Part shown: positions 28,745 through 39,521 of the stretch, in pieces
How the letters are laid out: each line of letters begins with the position of its first letter
Position numbering within the stretch: position 1 is the first letter of the stretch
Assembly (NCBI GenBank): GCA_963743305.1
Contig: CAVUPH010000016.1
Coordinates: forward strand, 32,001 to 96,000
Direction: 5' to 3'
Source: an uncultured delta proteobacterium
Lineage (GTDB): Bacteria; Desulfobacterota; RBG-13-43-22
DNA length: 64,000 nt
Notes under the pieces: model-generated
The model's database searches: none
What the model was told of the DNA's origin: nothing
Seen by the model: the letters and a program-made list of their open reading frames with translations, nothing else
Made by a program: the position numbers and the translations under genes

Positions 28745-30565
28745 ATGGGAGTAAATTATTTCAATCGGAATGAACGGGACACGAAGTTTGTATTGTTTGA
28801 ACAGCTCAATATGGCGGACCTGCTGAAATATGATCGCTACAAGGATTTCAGCCTGGAAGATTTCGAGATGATCATCCAGGAGGGGCTCAAGGTGGCCAAG
28901 GAAGTGTTGGGCCCGACCATGCAGGATGGCGATCGGGAGGGTTGCCAGTATGACGCCGGGCAGGTGAAGATACCGGCCTCCTTTCATCAGTGCTGGAAGG
29001 TAATGGCCGAAAACGGCTGGATTTCCATGTCCGGAAACCCGGAATTTGGTGGTCAGGGGCTGCCGGCCTGTTTGAGCGGTCTGGTCAGCGAGTTTTTTGT
29101 CGGTGGCAACATGGCCTTCATGACCTATCCGGGGCTAACTACCGCCAACGCCGAGGTTATCGAACATTACGGGACTGACCTGGATCGCGCCATGTTCGTG
29201 GAAAAGCTGAACACCGGGGTCTGGGCCGGGACCATGTGTCTGACCGAGCCGGATGCCGGCTCGGACGTGGGGTATGCCCGGTCCAAGGCGGTACCCGATC
29301 CGGATTCCGGAGACCCACGGATCTATAAGATTGAGGGCAACAAGCGGTTCATCACCTGCGGGGACCAGAACCTGACCGAAAACATCATCCATCTGGTACT
29401 GGCCCGGATTGAAGGGGCCCCTTTAGGGACCAAGGGGATCAGCCTTTTTATCGTGCCCAAAGTCTGGGTTAATCCCGACGGTTCGCTGGGAGAACCCAAC
29501 GATGTGTTTTGTACCGGCATCGAACACAAGATGGGGATTCACGGTTCCTCCACCGCTTCCCTGAGTTTCGGGGAAAGCGGGAAGTGCCGCGGGATACTGC
29601 TGGGGAAACCCCACAGCGGGATGGCTGAGATGTTTCAGATGATGAACGAGGCCCGCATGGGTTGCGGAGTCCAATCGCTGGGCCTGGCGGCCTCGGCCTA
29701 TGATTCAGCCCTGCAGTACGCCAAGGAAAGGTTTCAGGGCCCGCCCTTCACCGACCGCAAAGCGGACCGGGTCCGGATCATCGAACACGAGGACGTCCGC
29801 CGCATGCTCATGAACCTGAAGGCCGGCACCGAAGCCATGCGGGCCATGATCGGGAAGCTTTTTTTCCAGATTGACGTGGCCTTGTCCGACCCCGACGAAG
29901 GCAAACGGAAGGCGGCCGGAAACCAGGTGGAACTGCTCACCCCGTTAGTCAAGGCCTATTGTTCCGACTTCGGCTATGACCTGACCCGGGACGCCATGCA
30001 GGTATTAGGAGGAGTCGGCTACTGCGCGGAGTTTCCGGTGGAACAGTACGCCCGGGACCTCAAGATCGTCTCCATTTGGGAGGGGACCAACTATATCCAA
30101 TCCCTGGATCTGATCGGGCGTAAGCTTCCCCTGGAAGGGGGAGCGGTGTTCCAGTCCTGGATTCAAAATATTTTCGACCTGACCAAGGAACACAAAGAAG
30201 ATCCCGATTTCAGCGCCGACTTCAAACTCCTGTTCAAGGCGGCCCAAGCCACCGGCGATTACACCATGCGCTTCATGCAATATTTCCAGGGTGGAAAACC
30301 CAAGCTAATCGCCTTGGCGGCCACCCGCTTTTTGGCCTGCTTTTCCGAGGTGCTCATGGGGCATATGCTCTTGGAGCAGGGGATGATCGCCCGGGAAAAG
30401 CTGAAGGGCGTGGAGGCCGATTCGGCCGACGGTTACTTCTATCGAGGAAAAATGGAAACGGCTAAATATTTCTGCCGGAATATCCTGACCAACGTCTTCT
30501 CCCGCTATACCAGCTTCCAGCAGGAGGATACCTCGGCGGTGGACATCCCGGAGGAAGGGTTTTAA
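28745..30565 (+). CDS. Long (~600 aa) acyl-CoA dehydrogenase, FadE5/DmdC-like class
   Basis: GTMCLTEPDAGSD, IEHKMGIHGS, MNEAR, IWEGTNYIQSLDL. Confidence 0.93.
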   Translation: MGVNYFNRNERDTKFVLFEQLNMADLLKYDRYKDFSLEDFEMIIQEGLKVAKEVLGPTMQDGDREGCQYDAGQVKIPASFHQCWKVMAENGWISMSGNPEFGGQGLPACLSGLVSEFFVGGNMAFMTYPGLTTANAEVIEHYGTDLDRAMFVEKLNTGVWAGTMCLTEPDAGSDVGYARSKAVPDPDSGDPRIYKIEGNKRFITCGDQNLTENIIHLVLARIEGAPLGTKGISLFIVPKVWVNPDGSLGEPNDVFCTGIEHKMGIHGSSTASLSFGESGKCRGILLGKPHSGMAEMFQMMNEARMGCGVQSLGLAASAYDSALQYAKERFQGPPFTDRKADRVRIIEHEDVRRMLMNLKAGTEAMRAMIGKLFFQIDVALSDPDEGKRKAAGNQVELLTPLVKAYCSDFGYDLTRDAMQVLGGVGYCAEFPVEQYARDLKIVSIWEGTNYIQSLDLIGRKLPLEGGAVFQSWIQNIFDLTKEHKEDPDFSADFKLLFKAAQATGDYTMRFMQYFQGGKPKLIALAATRFLACFSEVLMGHMLLEQGMIAREKLKGVEADSADGYFYRGKMETAKYFCRNILTNVFSRYTSFQQEDTSAVDIPEEGF

Positions 30566-30589
30566 CTTTTTTGGAATTCGGTTATTCTC

Positions 30590-30705
30590 CGTATACCGGA
30601 CTTGATCCGGCATCCAGGACGTTGGGGTCTTTAACCGCCCTGGATTCCGGCCATTCGACTGGCTCATGGCCCTGAGTTTATCGAAGGGCTTTCGCCGGAA
30701 TGACG
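30590..30705. repeat. Composite REP-like palindrome
   Basis: ccggacttgatccgg..tccag / ctggattccgg..cggaatgacg with nested ttcgac..gctca / tgag..tcgaagg. Confidence 0.7.
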
Positions 30706-30777
30706 GCCTGACCGGGTCAGCACCTTCGGGTGATTGACTATATTTTTACTCAGTACTATTAATTAGAGGAGGAATCA

Positions 30778-33196
30778 ATGGGTTTTCAAATAAAAAAAGC
30801 CATGGTCATCGGTTCCGGTGTCATGGGCGGGGGAATCGCCGGCCATCTGGCCAACGCGGGGATCCCCGTTTACCTGGTGGATATCGTCCCCTTCAAGCTG
30901 ACTCCCGCGGAGGAGGCCAAGGGGCTGACTTTGAAGAGCCCGGTCGTTCGCAACCGGATCGTCAATCAGGGAATAGATTTTCTGAAGAAATCCAAACCAC
31001 CGGGGTTGTTCAGCCCCACCCGGATGGAGCTGATCACCGTCGGCAATATGGAAGATAATTTCGACTGGATCAAAGAGGCGGACTGGATCATCGAGGTGGT
31101 GGTCGAAAACCTCAAGATCAAACACGAGGTGATGGCCAAAATCGAAGCGGCCCGCAAACCCGGGCAGCATCGTCTCCACCAATACCTCCGGTCTGCCCAT
31201 CTATCAGATTGCCGAAGGACGGTCAGACGAGTTCAAGGCCCATTTTCTGGGGACCCACTTCTTCAACCCGGCCCGGTATCTGAAGCTGCTGGAGATCATT
31301 CCCACGCCGGAAACCGACCCGAAGCTATCGGCCTTCATGATGCAATTCGGGGAACGCCGGTTGGGCAAGACCATGGTCTTGTGCAAGGATACCCCGAATT
31401 TCATCGCCAACCGGGTGGCCGGCATTACCGGGACTTCGGCCATCAACTACGTGTTGCAGAACGATCTGACGGTGGAAGAGGTGGACGCCGTCACCGGTCC
31501 GCTGATCGGGCACCCCAAGACCGCCACCTTCCGACTTCAGGACCTGGTCGGACTGGACATCGCCAGCCACGTGGCCAACAACCTCTATCCCGCCATCCCG
31601 GATGATCCTTTCCGGGAAGTCATCCAGGGGCCGGTGAAGGAACTGACCGGGAAAATGGTGGAAAAAGGCTGGTTGGGCAACAAGGCCAAACAAGGATTTT
31701 ACAAAAAAATCAAAACCCCGGAGGGGAAAAAGGACTATCTCATACTAGACCTCAAGACCCTGGAATACCGACCTCAACAGAAACCGAATATTCCCTGGGT
31801 GAAACAGGCCAAAGGCATCGAATCCCTGCCGGAGCGGATAAAATTCATCAGCCGGCAGGATGACCGAGTGGCCAAGATGATCGCCTTCAACACCGCCCAG
31901 GCTTTATCCTATTGTGCCTGGCTGATCCCGGAAATAGCGGATGTCCTCTACGCGGTAGATGATGCCGTCCGGGCCGGTTTCTTCCATGAACTGGGGCCCT
32001 TTGAGATCTGGGATATCCTGGGGGTCAAGGAAACCGTCGAGCGGATGGAAGCCGAGGGATTTAAAGTCGCCGCTTGGGTCAAAGAGATGATCGCCGGCGG
32101 CGGCGAGACTTTTTATAAGAAGGACGGGATTCGGAAGCTGTTTTGGGACCTGTCGAGCCGTTCCTATCAGCCCATCCCGGTGGACCCCAATTTTATTGTG
32201 CTTAAAGACCTGAAGGAAACCAAGGGCGTCCTGAAAAAGAACTTCAGCGCTTCCCTGATCGATCTGGGGGACGACGTCCTCTGCCTGGAGTTCCATTCCA
32301 AGATGAACGCCTTGGATCCGGATATTTTTGCTATGGGCACCCTGGCCCTGGAAGAGTTGGAAAAAGGCTATGCCGGCTTGGTGATCGGGAACCAGGGAGA
32401 AAATTTTTCCGTCGGGGCCAATGTGTTCAATGTGGTCATGGCCGCCGAAAACAAGATGTGGGGTGAAATCGAGCAGGGCGTCAAATCCATGCAGGACCTG
32501 CTGGTTGGGTTTCGCTACTGCAACAAACCGGTGGTGGCGGCGCCCTTCGGTATGGCTTTGGGGGGCGGGGCCGAAGTGGCCATGGCCGCCGACCGGATCT
32601 GTGCCGCCGGAGAGTCGTATCTGGGGCTGGTGGAAGTGGGCGTTGGGTTGCTGCCGGCCGGGGGCGGCTGTCGGGAACTGCTCCGACGGGTGGTTACACC
32701 GGCCATGAAACGGGCCGATTCCGATCCCCTGCCGTTCCTCGGGAAGGTATTTGAAAACGTCGCCATGGCCAAGGTCAGCGCCAGCGCTTTGCAGGCGCAG
32801 GAAATGGGCTTCCTGACCGATTGCGACCGGATTATCATGAAAGGGGAGCATGTTTTGGCCGAGGCCAAGCGGGAAGTACTGGCCCTGGCCGCCGCCGGCT
32901 ATGCCCCGCCTCCGCGAACCAAATCGATCTACGCCTTGGGCCAGCGCGGTATAGCCGCCTTGTCCATTATGGTCCAATCCCTGCGCTGGGGGGATTTCAT
33001 CTCCGAGTACGATATGTTTATCGCCAAAAAGATCGCCTATGTGCTTTCCGGCGGCGATTTAAGCGCTCCCCAGTGGGTGGACGAACAATATATCCTGGAC
33101 CTGGAACGGGAGGCCTTCCTTTCCCTCTTGGGACAGGAGAAAACCATTGAACGGATCAAGCATCTGCTGATGACCGGCAAACCTTTACGGAATTAA
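30778..33196 (+). CDS. fadN: 3-hydroxyacyl-CoA dehydrogenase/enoyl-CoA hydratase (FadN-type), frameshift near 31160
   Basis: IGSGVMGGGIA; STNTSGL and THFFNP in the shifted frame; KDTPNFIANR; ALGGGAE; C-terminal TGKPLRN. Confidence 0.92.
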
Positions 33197-33211
33197 CCAG
33201 GAGGAATTTCC

Positions 33212-34390
33212 ATGAAAGATATCGTGATTGTTGCGGCGGCCCGGACGGCCGTCGGCCGCGCCAAGAGAGGAATTTTAGTCAACGTCCGGCCTGACGATAT
33301 GGCCGCGATGGTGTTGAATGAAGTAATCCAGCGCGCTCCCGGGGTAAAAAAAGAGGATGTGGAAGACGTGGTCATCGGCTGTGCCTTCCCGGAAAATACC
33401 CAGGGGTTGAATATGGGTCGTCTGGCGGTGATGAAAGCCGGGTTTCCCTATACCACCTCGGGCCAGACCGTAAACCGTTTTTGCTCTTCAGGACTCCAGG
33501 CTATCGCCATCGGAGCCCAGCAGATCATGGCCGGCATGTGCGAAATCGTTGCGGCCGGCGGGGCGGAGTCCATGAGTCAGGTTCCCATGACCGGCTTCTA
33601 TTTTGCCCCCAATCCGGGTCTGGTGGAGGAATATCCGGAAGCGTATATCGGCATGGGCTTGACCGCCGAAGGCGTGGCCGAAAGGTACAAGGTCACCCGC
33701 GAAGATCAGGATCGGTTCGGACTGGCGAGCAACGAGAAGGCCCTGGCAGCCATTGCGGATGGAAAGTTTCGGGAAGAAATCGTTCCGCTGGAAGTCAAGA
33801 CCGTGGCGGTCGATGAAGCCGGAAAGCGCGTGGAAAAAGTGAAGAAATTCGACGTGGATGAAGGCCCGCGGAAGACTACGATAGAGCAGATGGCTTCTCT
33901 GAAGCCGCCCTTTAAGAAAGGCGGATCGGTTACGGCCGGCAACTCCTCCCAGATGAGTGACGGCGCCGCCGCGGTGCTGCTGATGACCGCGGAGAAGGCC
34001 GCCGCCCTGCGGCTCAATCCGCTGGCCCGCTATGTGGGCTTTGCCGTAGCCGGCGTGCCGCCGGAAATCATGGGGGTCGGTCCCATGTATGCCATCCCTC
34101 AGCTCATGAAGGTGACCGGGAGGAAACTAAAGGAAATCGACCTGTTTGAAATAAACGAGGCCTTCGCTTCACAGGCGCTGGCCTCTGTCCGGGAACTGGG
34201 CATCGATCCGGAGAAGGTCAACGTCAACGGCGGAGCCATCGCCCTGGGGCATCCCTTGGGCTGCACCGGGGCCAAGTTGACCGTGCAGCTCATTCACGAA
34301 ATGAAACGGCGTGGCTCCCGGTATGGCGTGGTCTCCATGTGCATCGGCGGCGGCATGGGTGCGGCCGGGATTTTTGAAAATCTGACCTGA
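33212..34390 (+). CDS. fadA: Acetyl-CoA C-acyltransferase (3-ketoacyl-CoA thiolase)
   Basis: [27 protein letters not shown]. Confidence 0.96.
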   Translation: MKDIVIVAAARTAVGRAKRGILVNVRPDDMAAMVLNEVIQRAPGVKKEDVEDVVIGCAFPENTQGLNMGRLAVMKAGFPYTTSGQTVNRFCSSGLQAIAIGAQQIMAGMCEIVAAGGAESMSQVPMTGFYFAPNPGLVEEYPEAYIGMGLTAEGVAERYKVTREDQDRFGLASNEKALAAIADGKFREEIVPLEVKTVAVDEAGKRVEKVKKFDVDEGPRKTTIEQMASLKPPFKKGGSVTAGNSSQMSDGAAAVLLMTAEKAAALRLNPLARYVGFAVAGVPPEIMGVGPMYAIPQLMKVTGRKLKEIDLFEINEAFASQALASVRELGIDPEKVNVNGGAIALGHPLGCTGAKLTVQLIHEMKRRGSRYGVVSMCIGGGMGAAGIFENLT

Positions 34391-34692
34391 TCCAACTAAT
34401 TCTAAATCCGATTTACCGTGTGTTTCTCCCCCTCACCCGAAGTGTGAAAACGGGTGAGGGGGGACCCGTTCCAACCCAATCCGTGTTTCCTTGGTGAGCG
34501 TTCAACCCTGGCCGGAGAAAGCTATGGAAGTTGAAGCAATCCTTTCTACCTCTCAAAATCGATTTCAATCCGTTCGGTTCCGCCTCAGCTTCGAAGACCC
34601 TGGTTGCCGGATCAAGTCCGGCATGACGAATGAAAACAAACGCCTAAAAGCGGTGTTCGACTTTATATCCATTTCCAAGCAAGGAGAAAAGC

Positions 34693-35916
34693 ATGTTTGA
34701 TTTTTTATTGAGCGAGGAAGAAAAGGCTTTCCGGGATGAAGTCCGGGATTTTGTAAAAACCGTCCCCAGTCAACTCCTGCGGGATATGGATAACAGCAAA
34801 ATAGAGACCGGTCGGCCGTTCATCGAAATGGCGGCGGCCCGGAATCTTCTGGGAGCCCGTTTCCCGAAGGAGTACGGCGGCCGGGGGCTCAACTGGACGG
34901 CCGAAGTAGCGGGCGTGGAAGAGGTGGGGGTTTTAGGCAATTCCTTGTCCTGCGCTTACGTCATGCCCGGTATCGTGGGAGAGGCGGTCAACCTCTTTGG
35001 AACGGAAGAGCAGAAACGAAAGTACCTGGCGCCGACTCTGGCCGGGAAACTCTACAGCGCGGAGGCCTTGACCGAACCTCGGGGGGGATCCGATTTTTTC
35101 GGGGCCACCACCACGGCGGTCGAGGACGGCGATTGCTTCATACTCAATGGGGAAAAGAGGTTTGTGGTGGGCGCCCAGGATGCGGACTGGTTCCTGGTGT
35201 ATGCCAAATCGGCCCCCCAGGCCCCGCCCCATCAATCGATCAGTTGTTTTATCGTGGAGCGGTCCTTCGGAGTGGAGGTTCAGAATATCTACCAATTGTT
35301 GGGAACCCGGGGCGGCGGGACCGGCCGCCTGGTTTTCAAGGATGTGCGGGTCCCCCGGGAAAATGTGGTGGGCGAATTACATAATGCCTATGCCATTTTC
35401 AATCGCATGATGATTCCCGAACGGTTGTTGAGCGGGGCCGGTTGCATCGGGGCCGGCCGGGCGGCCCTGGAGGTGGCGGCCCGGTATTCAACGCGGCGCA
35501 AGGCCTTCGGCCAGACCATTGATAAATTTCAGGCCGTCAATTTTATGCTGGCCGATTCTGTAGCCGCACTGGACGCCGCCTGCTCCCTGGTCTATACCGC
35601 GGCCAGGTTGGTCGATTCCGGCGCGGACGGCCGACGTCTGGTTTCCGAGGCCAAGAAGGTGGGCACCGAAACGGCCTGGCAGGTGATCAACAACGCCATG
35701 CAAATCATGGGCGGAATCGGCTATACCACGGTCTATCCCATCGAGCGACTTTTGCGCGACTGCCGACTGGCCATGATCTGGACCGGGACCAACCAGGTGA
35801 TGAACATGCTGGTCCAGCATGAATACTACAAGGAGCTCAAGCGCCGGGAAGGACTGGCCCGGGACATCGAGGGCGACGCCCAGACCCCGGATGAAGTGGA
35901 GAAGCATTATGGATGA
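34693..35916 (+). CDS. Acyl-CoA dehydrogenase (divergent clade)
   Basis: ALTEPRGGSD, MGGIGYT, IWTGTNQ. Confidence 0.92.
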   Translation: MFDFLLSEEEKAFRDEVRDFVKTVPSQLLRDMDNSKIETGRPFIEMAAARNLLGARFPKEYGGRGLNWTAEVAGVEEVGVLGNSLSCAYVMPGIVGEAVNLFGTEEQKRKYLAPTLAGKLYSAEALTEPRGGSDFFGATTTAVEDGDCFILNGEKRFVVGAQDADWFLVYAKSAPQAPPHQSISCFIVERSFGVEVQNIYQLLGTRGGGTGRLVFKDVRVPRENVVGELHNAYAIFNRMMIPERLLSGAGCIGAGRAALEVAARYSTRRKAFGQTIDKFQAVNFMLADSVAALDAACSLVYTAARLVDSGADGRRLVSEAKKVGTETAWQVINNAMQIMGGIGYTTVYPIERLLRDCRLAMIWTGTNQVMNMLVQHEYYKELKRREGLARDIEGDAQTPDEVEKHYG

Positions 35917-35947
35917 ACATTGACAGGTTCGCAAAAAATCCCGAACT

Positions 35948-36148
35948 GTCATCCCGATCCCTTCGCTTACCGTCATCCTGAGCCCCGCACTGGTCATCCT
36001 GAGCGAAGCGAAGGATCTCGGTCTTCTGCGCGGGGTAGACTCCGCGAAGGATCTCGTCTTTCGGCTCAGGGTAAACTCCGTGAAGGATCTCGGAACTGGC
36101 TGAAAAAACAAAATTCTTCGTCCCGCGATAACGCAGGACGAAGAATGA
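35948..36148. repeat. Composite REP-like element (gtcatcctgagcgaagcgaaggatctc family)
   Basis: Three gtcatcc starts, repeated ctccgcgaaggatctc, closing agaatgac. Confidence 0.7.
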
Positions 36149-36169
36149 CAACCTCCTTGGAGAATTAGT

Positions 36170-37720
36170 ATGGGTCAATGGATGGACGGTTATCTGTCTC
36201 GCCTGGAGCGGGTTCGGCGGGAAAATCTGGAAGGCGGGGGAGAAAAGCGACTTCAGGAATTGCGGGACCTGGGAAAACTCGGCGCCCGGGAGCGGATTGA
36301 AAAATTGTTGGACCCGGGAAGCTTCGAGGAGATCGGCTCCCTGGTTCGCGATGTCCGCCCCCCGTATGACGGACGGAAAAGACCCAGCCCGTCGGATGGA
36401 GTGGTGATGGGCTTGGGCAGCGTTCGCGGTCGAACGGCGGCCGTTTATGCCTTTGATTTTTCAGTGATGTCCGGTTCCCTGGGGGACCAGGCCGTCTGGA
36501 AACTGAACGATTTGACCAAGATGGCCGGACAGATGGGGATCCCGCTGTTCGGCCTGATCGACTCGGCCGGGGAACGGATCAGCCTGAAGGGCGGGGATTC
36601 CGGATTGAACGGACTGGGCGAACTGCTCCGAAATACCTGCCTGTATTCCGGCATCATTCCCCGGGTCACCCTCCTCCTGGGACCCTGCACCGGGGTCATG
36701 GCCTCTCTGCCCGTGCTTTCCGATTTCCTGATCATGAATCGTCACACGGCTTTTCTCTGGCTGGGGGGTGAAAAGTCCACGAAAGAGGGGGGAAGCGCCG
36801 ACTTCCACCAGGAGAAAAGCGGCCAGTGCGACCTGATCGCCGACAGCGACGACGAAGCCGTCGAGCAGGCCAGACTGCTGTTGGATTATGTTCCCCAGAA
36901 CTGTTGGGATAAGCCTCCAGTGGTAGAGACGGGGGATGATCCCGACCGGCGGGAGGAAGACCTGCTGGATATCATGCCCGACAACCCCAAGTTTACTTAT
37001 GACATCCACGAGGTCATCGAGAAGATAGTGGACAACGGGGTGTTTTTGGAGCTCAAGGAAGATTTCGCTTCTCACCTGGTTATCGGTTTCGCCCGGTTCG
37101 GCGGGCTGGCGGCCGGCATCGTAGCCAACAACCCCGATGAATTGAGCGGAATCATGGAGCCGGATTCCTCGGACAAGTATGACCGCTTCATGAATTTCCT
37201 GGACGCCTTTAATATCCCCCTGGTGACCCTGGTGGATACCACGGCCTTTCCTCCCGGGGACCGGTGGGAGCGGCTGGGGGTGATCCGTCACGGGGCCAAA
37301 TTGCTCCATTCCTATGCCCACCTGACCTGCCCGAAGATCACCCTGGTCCTGCGGCGCTCCTACGGAGGGGCCAACATCGTCCTGGGCTGCTCCCGCATGT
37401 TCCCGGATTTTGTCTACACCTGGCCGACGGCCGAATTCGCTCCTACCGGCCCGGAAACCGTGGTTCATGCCGTGTTCCACAAAGAGCTGGCCAAGGCCAA
37501 GGAGCAGGGGAATTTTGATCAGGTGTTCAATCAATATCTCGGGATTCTCAAAGAGCAGTTCTCGGTGATGAATCTGGCCAAGGTTTGGACCTCCTATTAT
37601 ACGACCCATGAGGTGATCGACCCCAGGGACACCCGTCCGCGGATCATCCGGGCCCTTCAGGCCGTGAGCGGAAAGCGCGAGGAACTACCGGCCAAAAGGC
37701 GTTCCATCAAGCCGGCATAA
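36170..37720 (+). CDS. Acyl-CoA carboxylase carboxyltransferase subunit, divergent (CT-A)
   Basis: ARERIEKLLDPGSFEE, DGVVMG, FNIPLVTLVD, RRSYGGA, IDPRDTR. Confidence 0.9.
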   Translation: MGQWMDGYLSRLERVRRENLEGGGEKRLQELRDLGKLGARERIEKLLDPGSFEEIGSLVRDVRPPYDGRKRPSPSDGVVMGLGSVRGRTAAVYAFDFSVMSGSLGDQAVWKLNDLTKMAGQMGIPLFGLIDSAGERISLKGGDSGLNGLGELLRNTCLYSGIIPRVTLLLGPCTGVMASLPVLSDFLIMNRHTAFLWLGGEKSTKEGGSADFHQEKSGQCDLIADSDDEAVEQARLLLDYVPQNCWDKPPVVETGDDPDRREEDLLDIMPDNPKFTYDIHEVIEKIVDNGVFLELKEDFASHLVIGFARFGGLAAGIVANNPDELSGIMEPDSSDKYDRFMNFLDAFNIPLVTLVDTTAFPPGDRWERLGVIRHGAKLLHSYAHLTCPKITLVLRRSYGGANIVLGCSRMFPDFVYTWPTAEFAPTGPETVVHAVFHKELAKAKEQGNFDQVFNQYLGILKEQFSVMNLAKVWTSYYTTHEVIDPRDTRPRIIRALQAVSGKREELPAKRRSIKPA

Positions 37721-37831
37721 AGAATCGCACAAACAACGTGCGAGTCTTTATGGAAAAAATGACCTTTGAAATGGGAGCCGAGCGGATGGGGCTGGGCAGA
37801 AAAATGAGTTGCTGAGACATAAGGTGATTCC

Positions 37832-39388
37832 ATGGGAGAAGGCTACGAGCAGGGGATTAAACGGCTTAGGGAAATTCAGAAGAAAAACCTTACCGGGGGG
37901 GGCGAAGAGCATATCGAACGCCAGCACCGGAGGGGCAAGCTGACCGCCCGGGAACGGATCGAAACACTACTGGACCCAGGTACTTTCGGTGAACTGGGTT
38001 CGGTGGTGAATACCACCGGGTCCCGAATCGACGGGCGGGAATTCGATGCGCCCGGCGATGGGGCCGTGGTAGGAACGGGTCTGGTGGAGGGCCGCCGGAT
38101 CGCGGTCTATGCCAGCGACTTCACCGTGTTGGGTGGCTCGATCGGAACCCAGCACGGGATGAAGTTCGTTAAACTGATGGAGATGGCCGCCCGCTGGGGG
38201 ATCCCCATGGTCTGGCTGTTGGACTCCTCGGGGGGGCGGTTGGGCTACCGGGATGTGCCCATGGCCGGCATTGACTGGTGGTTCGCCCTCGAATCCCGGT
38301 TCTCCGGTTTAATACCGCAGATCAATGTTCTCCTGGGCCCCTGTATCGCCGGGCAAGCCTATTGCCCGGTGCTCTGCGATTTTCTGCTGATGAGTCGGGG
38401 GTCGGCCCACCTCTGGCTGGGCGGGCCCCGGATGACCGAAGCCGCTACCTCGGAGAAAATCGGCGAAGACGTGGGCGGCGCCGATTACCACATGGTCTAC
38501 AGCGGCACCTGCGACCTGGTGGGGGATAATGATCGGGAAACGCTTTTGTTGACCCGGCGGTTGCTGGGTTATCTTCCTTCCAACTGGCGGGAGCGGCCGC
38601 CGGACCGGACGCCCTCCGATCCCCAGGACCGGAAAGTGGAGGAACTGCTGGCCATCGTCCCCGACAACTATGATCAACCCTATGATATGCACGAAGTGAT
38701 CCGGGTTCTGGTGGATGACGGGGAAGTCCTGGAGATCAAGGACGAATACGCCAAAAACCTGATCACCTGTTTCTGCCGGTTTAACGGGCAGGTGGTGGGG
38801 TTGGTGGCCAACAACCCGAGGGAACCGGGCAGCATACTGGAGATCAATTCCTGTGATAAATATTACCGTTTCCTCCAGGTCCTGGATGCCTATAACCTTC
38901 CGCTGGTCAATCTGGTGGATACGCCTCCGGTCGTACCCGGGGAAGAGCAGGAGGCCTTGGGGCTTTTGAGGCATGTCGGTAAAATCCTGGATGTCTATGC
39001 CACCTCGACTATTCCCAAGATCAGCGTCATCTTGAGGGAGGCCTACGCCGATGCCGGCAGCATCATCATGGGGGGCTCCAAGGGGCTGGGGGTCGATCTT
39101 TGCTACGCCTGGCCCATCGCCCGTTTGGCGGTAGAGGCCTCTACGGTTGATTACCAAAAGGTCTATGGGAAGGGGATCGAGGCGGATGCCTATGAAGGTT
39201 ACCTGAACCGGTCCCGGGAAAAACTGGATATCTTTGAAGTGGCCCGGAGCTGGACGGCTCAGATCGTGGATGAGGTAATCGAGCCCCAAGACACCCGGAA
39301 GCGAATTATTGAGGCGTTGGACTTTACTCGAAACAAACAGGAAACGTTGCCGAAGCGGGCCAAGAGGCATGGGACGGGACCAACATAA
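37832..39388 (+). CDS. Acyl-CoA carboxylase carboxyltransferase subunit, divergent (CT-B)
   Basis: GKLTARERIE, DFTVLGGS, DSSGGR, GPCIAGQAY, IEPQDTR. Confidence 0.9.
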   Translation: MGEGYEQGIKRLREIQKKNLTGGGEEHIERQHRRGKLTARERIETLLDPGTFGELGSVVNTTGSRIDGREFDAPGDGAVVGTGLVEGRRIAVYASDFTVLGGSIGTQHGMKFVKLMEMAARWGIPMVWLLDSSGGRLGYRDVPMAGIDWWFALESRFSGLIPQINVLLGPCIAGQAYCPVLCDFLLMSRGSAHLWLGGPRMTEAATSEKIGEDVGGADYHMVYSGTCDLVGDNDRETLLLTRRLLGYLPSNWRERPPDRTPSDPQDRKVEELLAIVPDNYDQPYDMHEVIRVLVDDGEVLEIKDEYAKNLITCFCRFNGQVVGLVANNPREPGSILEINSCDKYYRFLQVLDAYNLPLVNLVDTPPVVPGEEQEALGLLRHVGKILDVYATSTIPKISVILREAYADAGSIIMGGSKGLGVDLCYAWPIARLAVEASTVDYQKVYGKGIEADAYEGYLNRSREKLDIFEVARSWTAQIVDEVIEPQDTRKRIIEALDFTRNKQETLPKRAKRHGTGPT

Positions 39389-39398
39389 GAGGTGACTA

Positions 39399-39483
39399 CG
39401 AATGTCGAATATCGAACAGGGAATGTCGAATGTTGAAGGAAAATACTAAGACCTTTGATTCAGTATTCGATATTCGACATTTG
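39399..39483. repeat. Inverted heptamer array (CGAATRT family)
   Basis: cgaatgtcgaatatcgaacagggaatgtcgaatgttgaag...attcagtattcgatattcgacatt. Confidence 0.7.
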
Positions 39484-39521
39484 CATTCTAACGAACCACA
39501 TCAACATTAAGGGAGAGAAAT

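Noticed and set aside
35837-36178. ORFs 35920-36168 (+) and 35837-36178 (-)
   Set aside because: Translations of a REP cluster.
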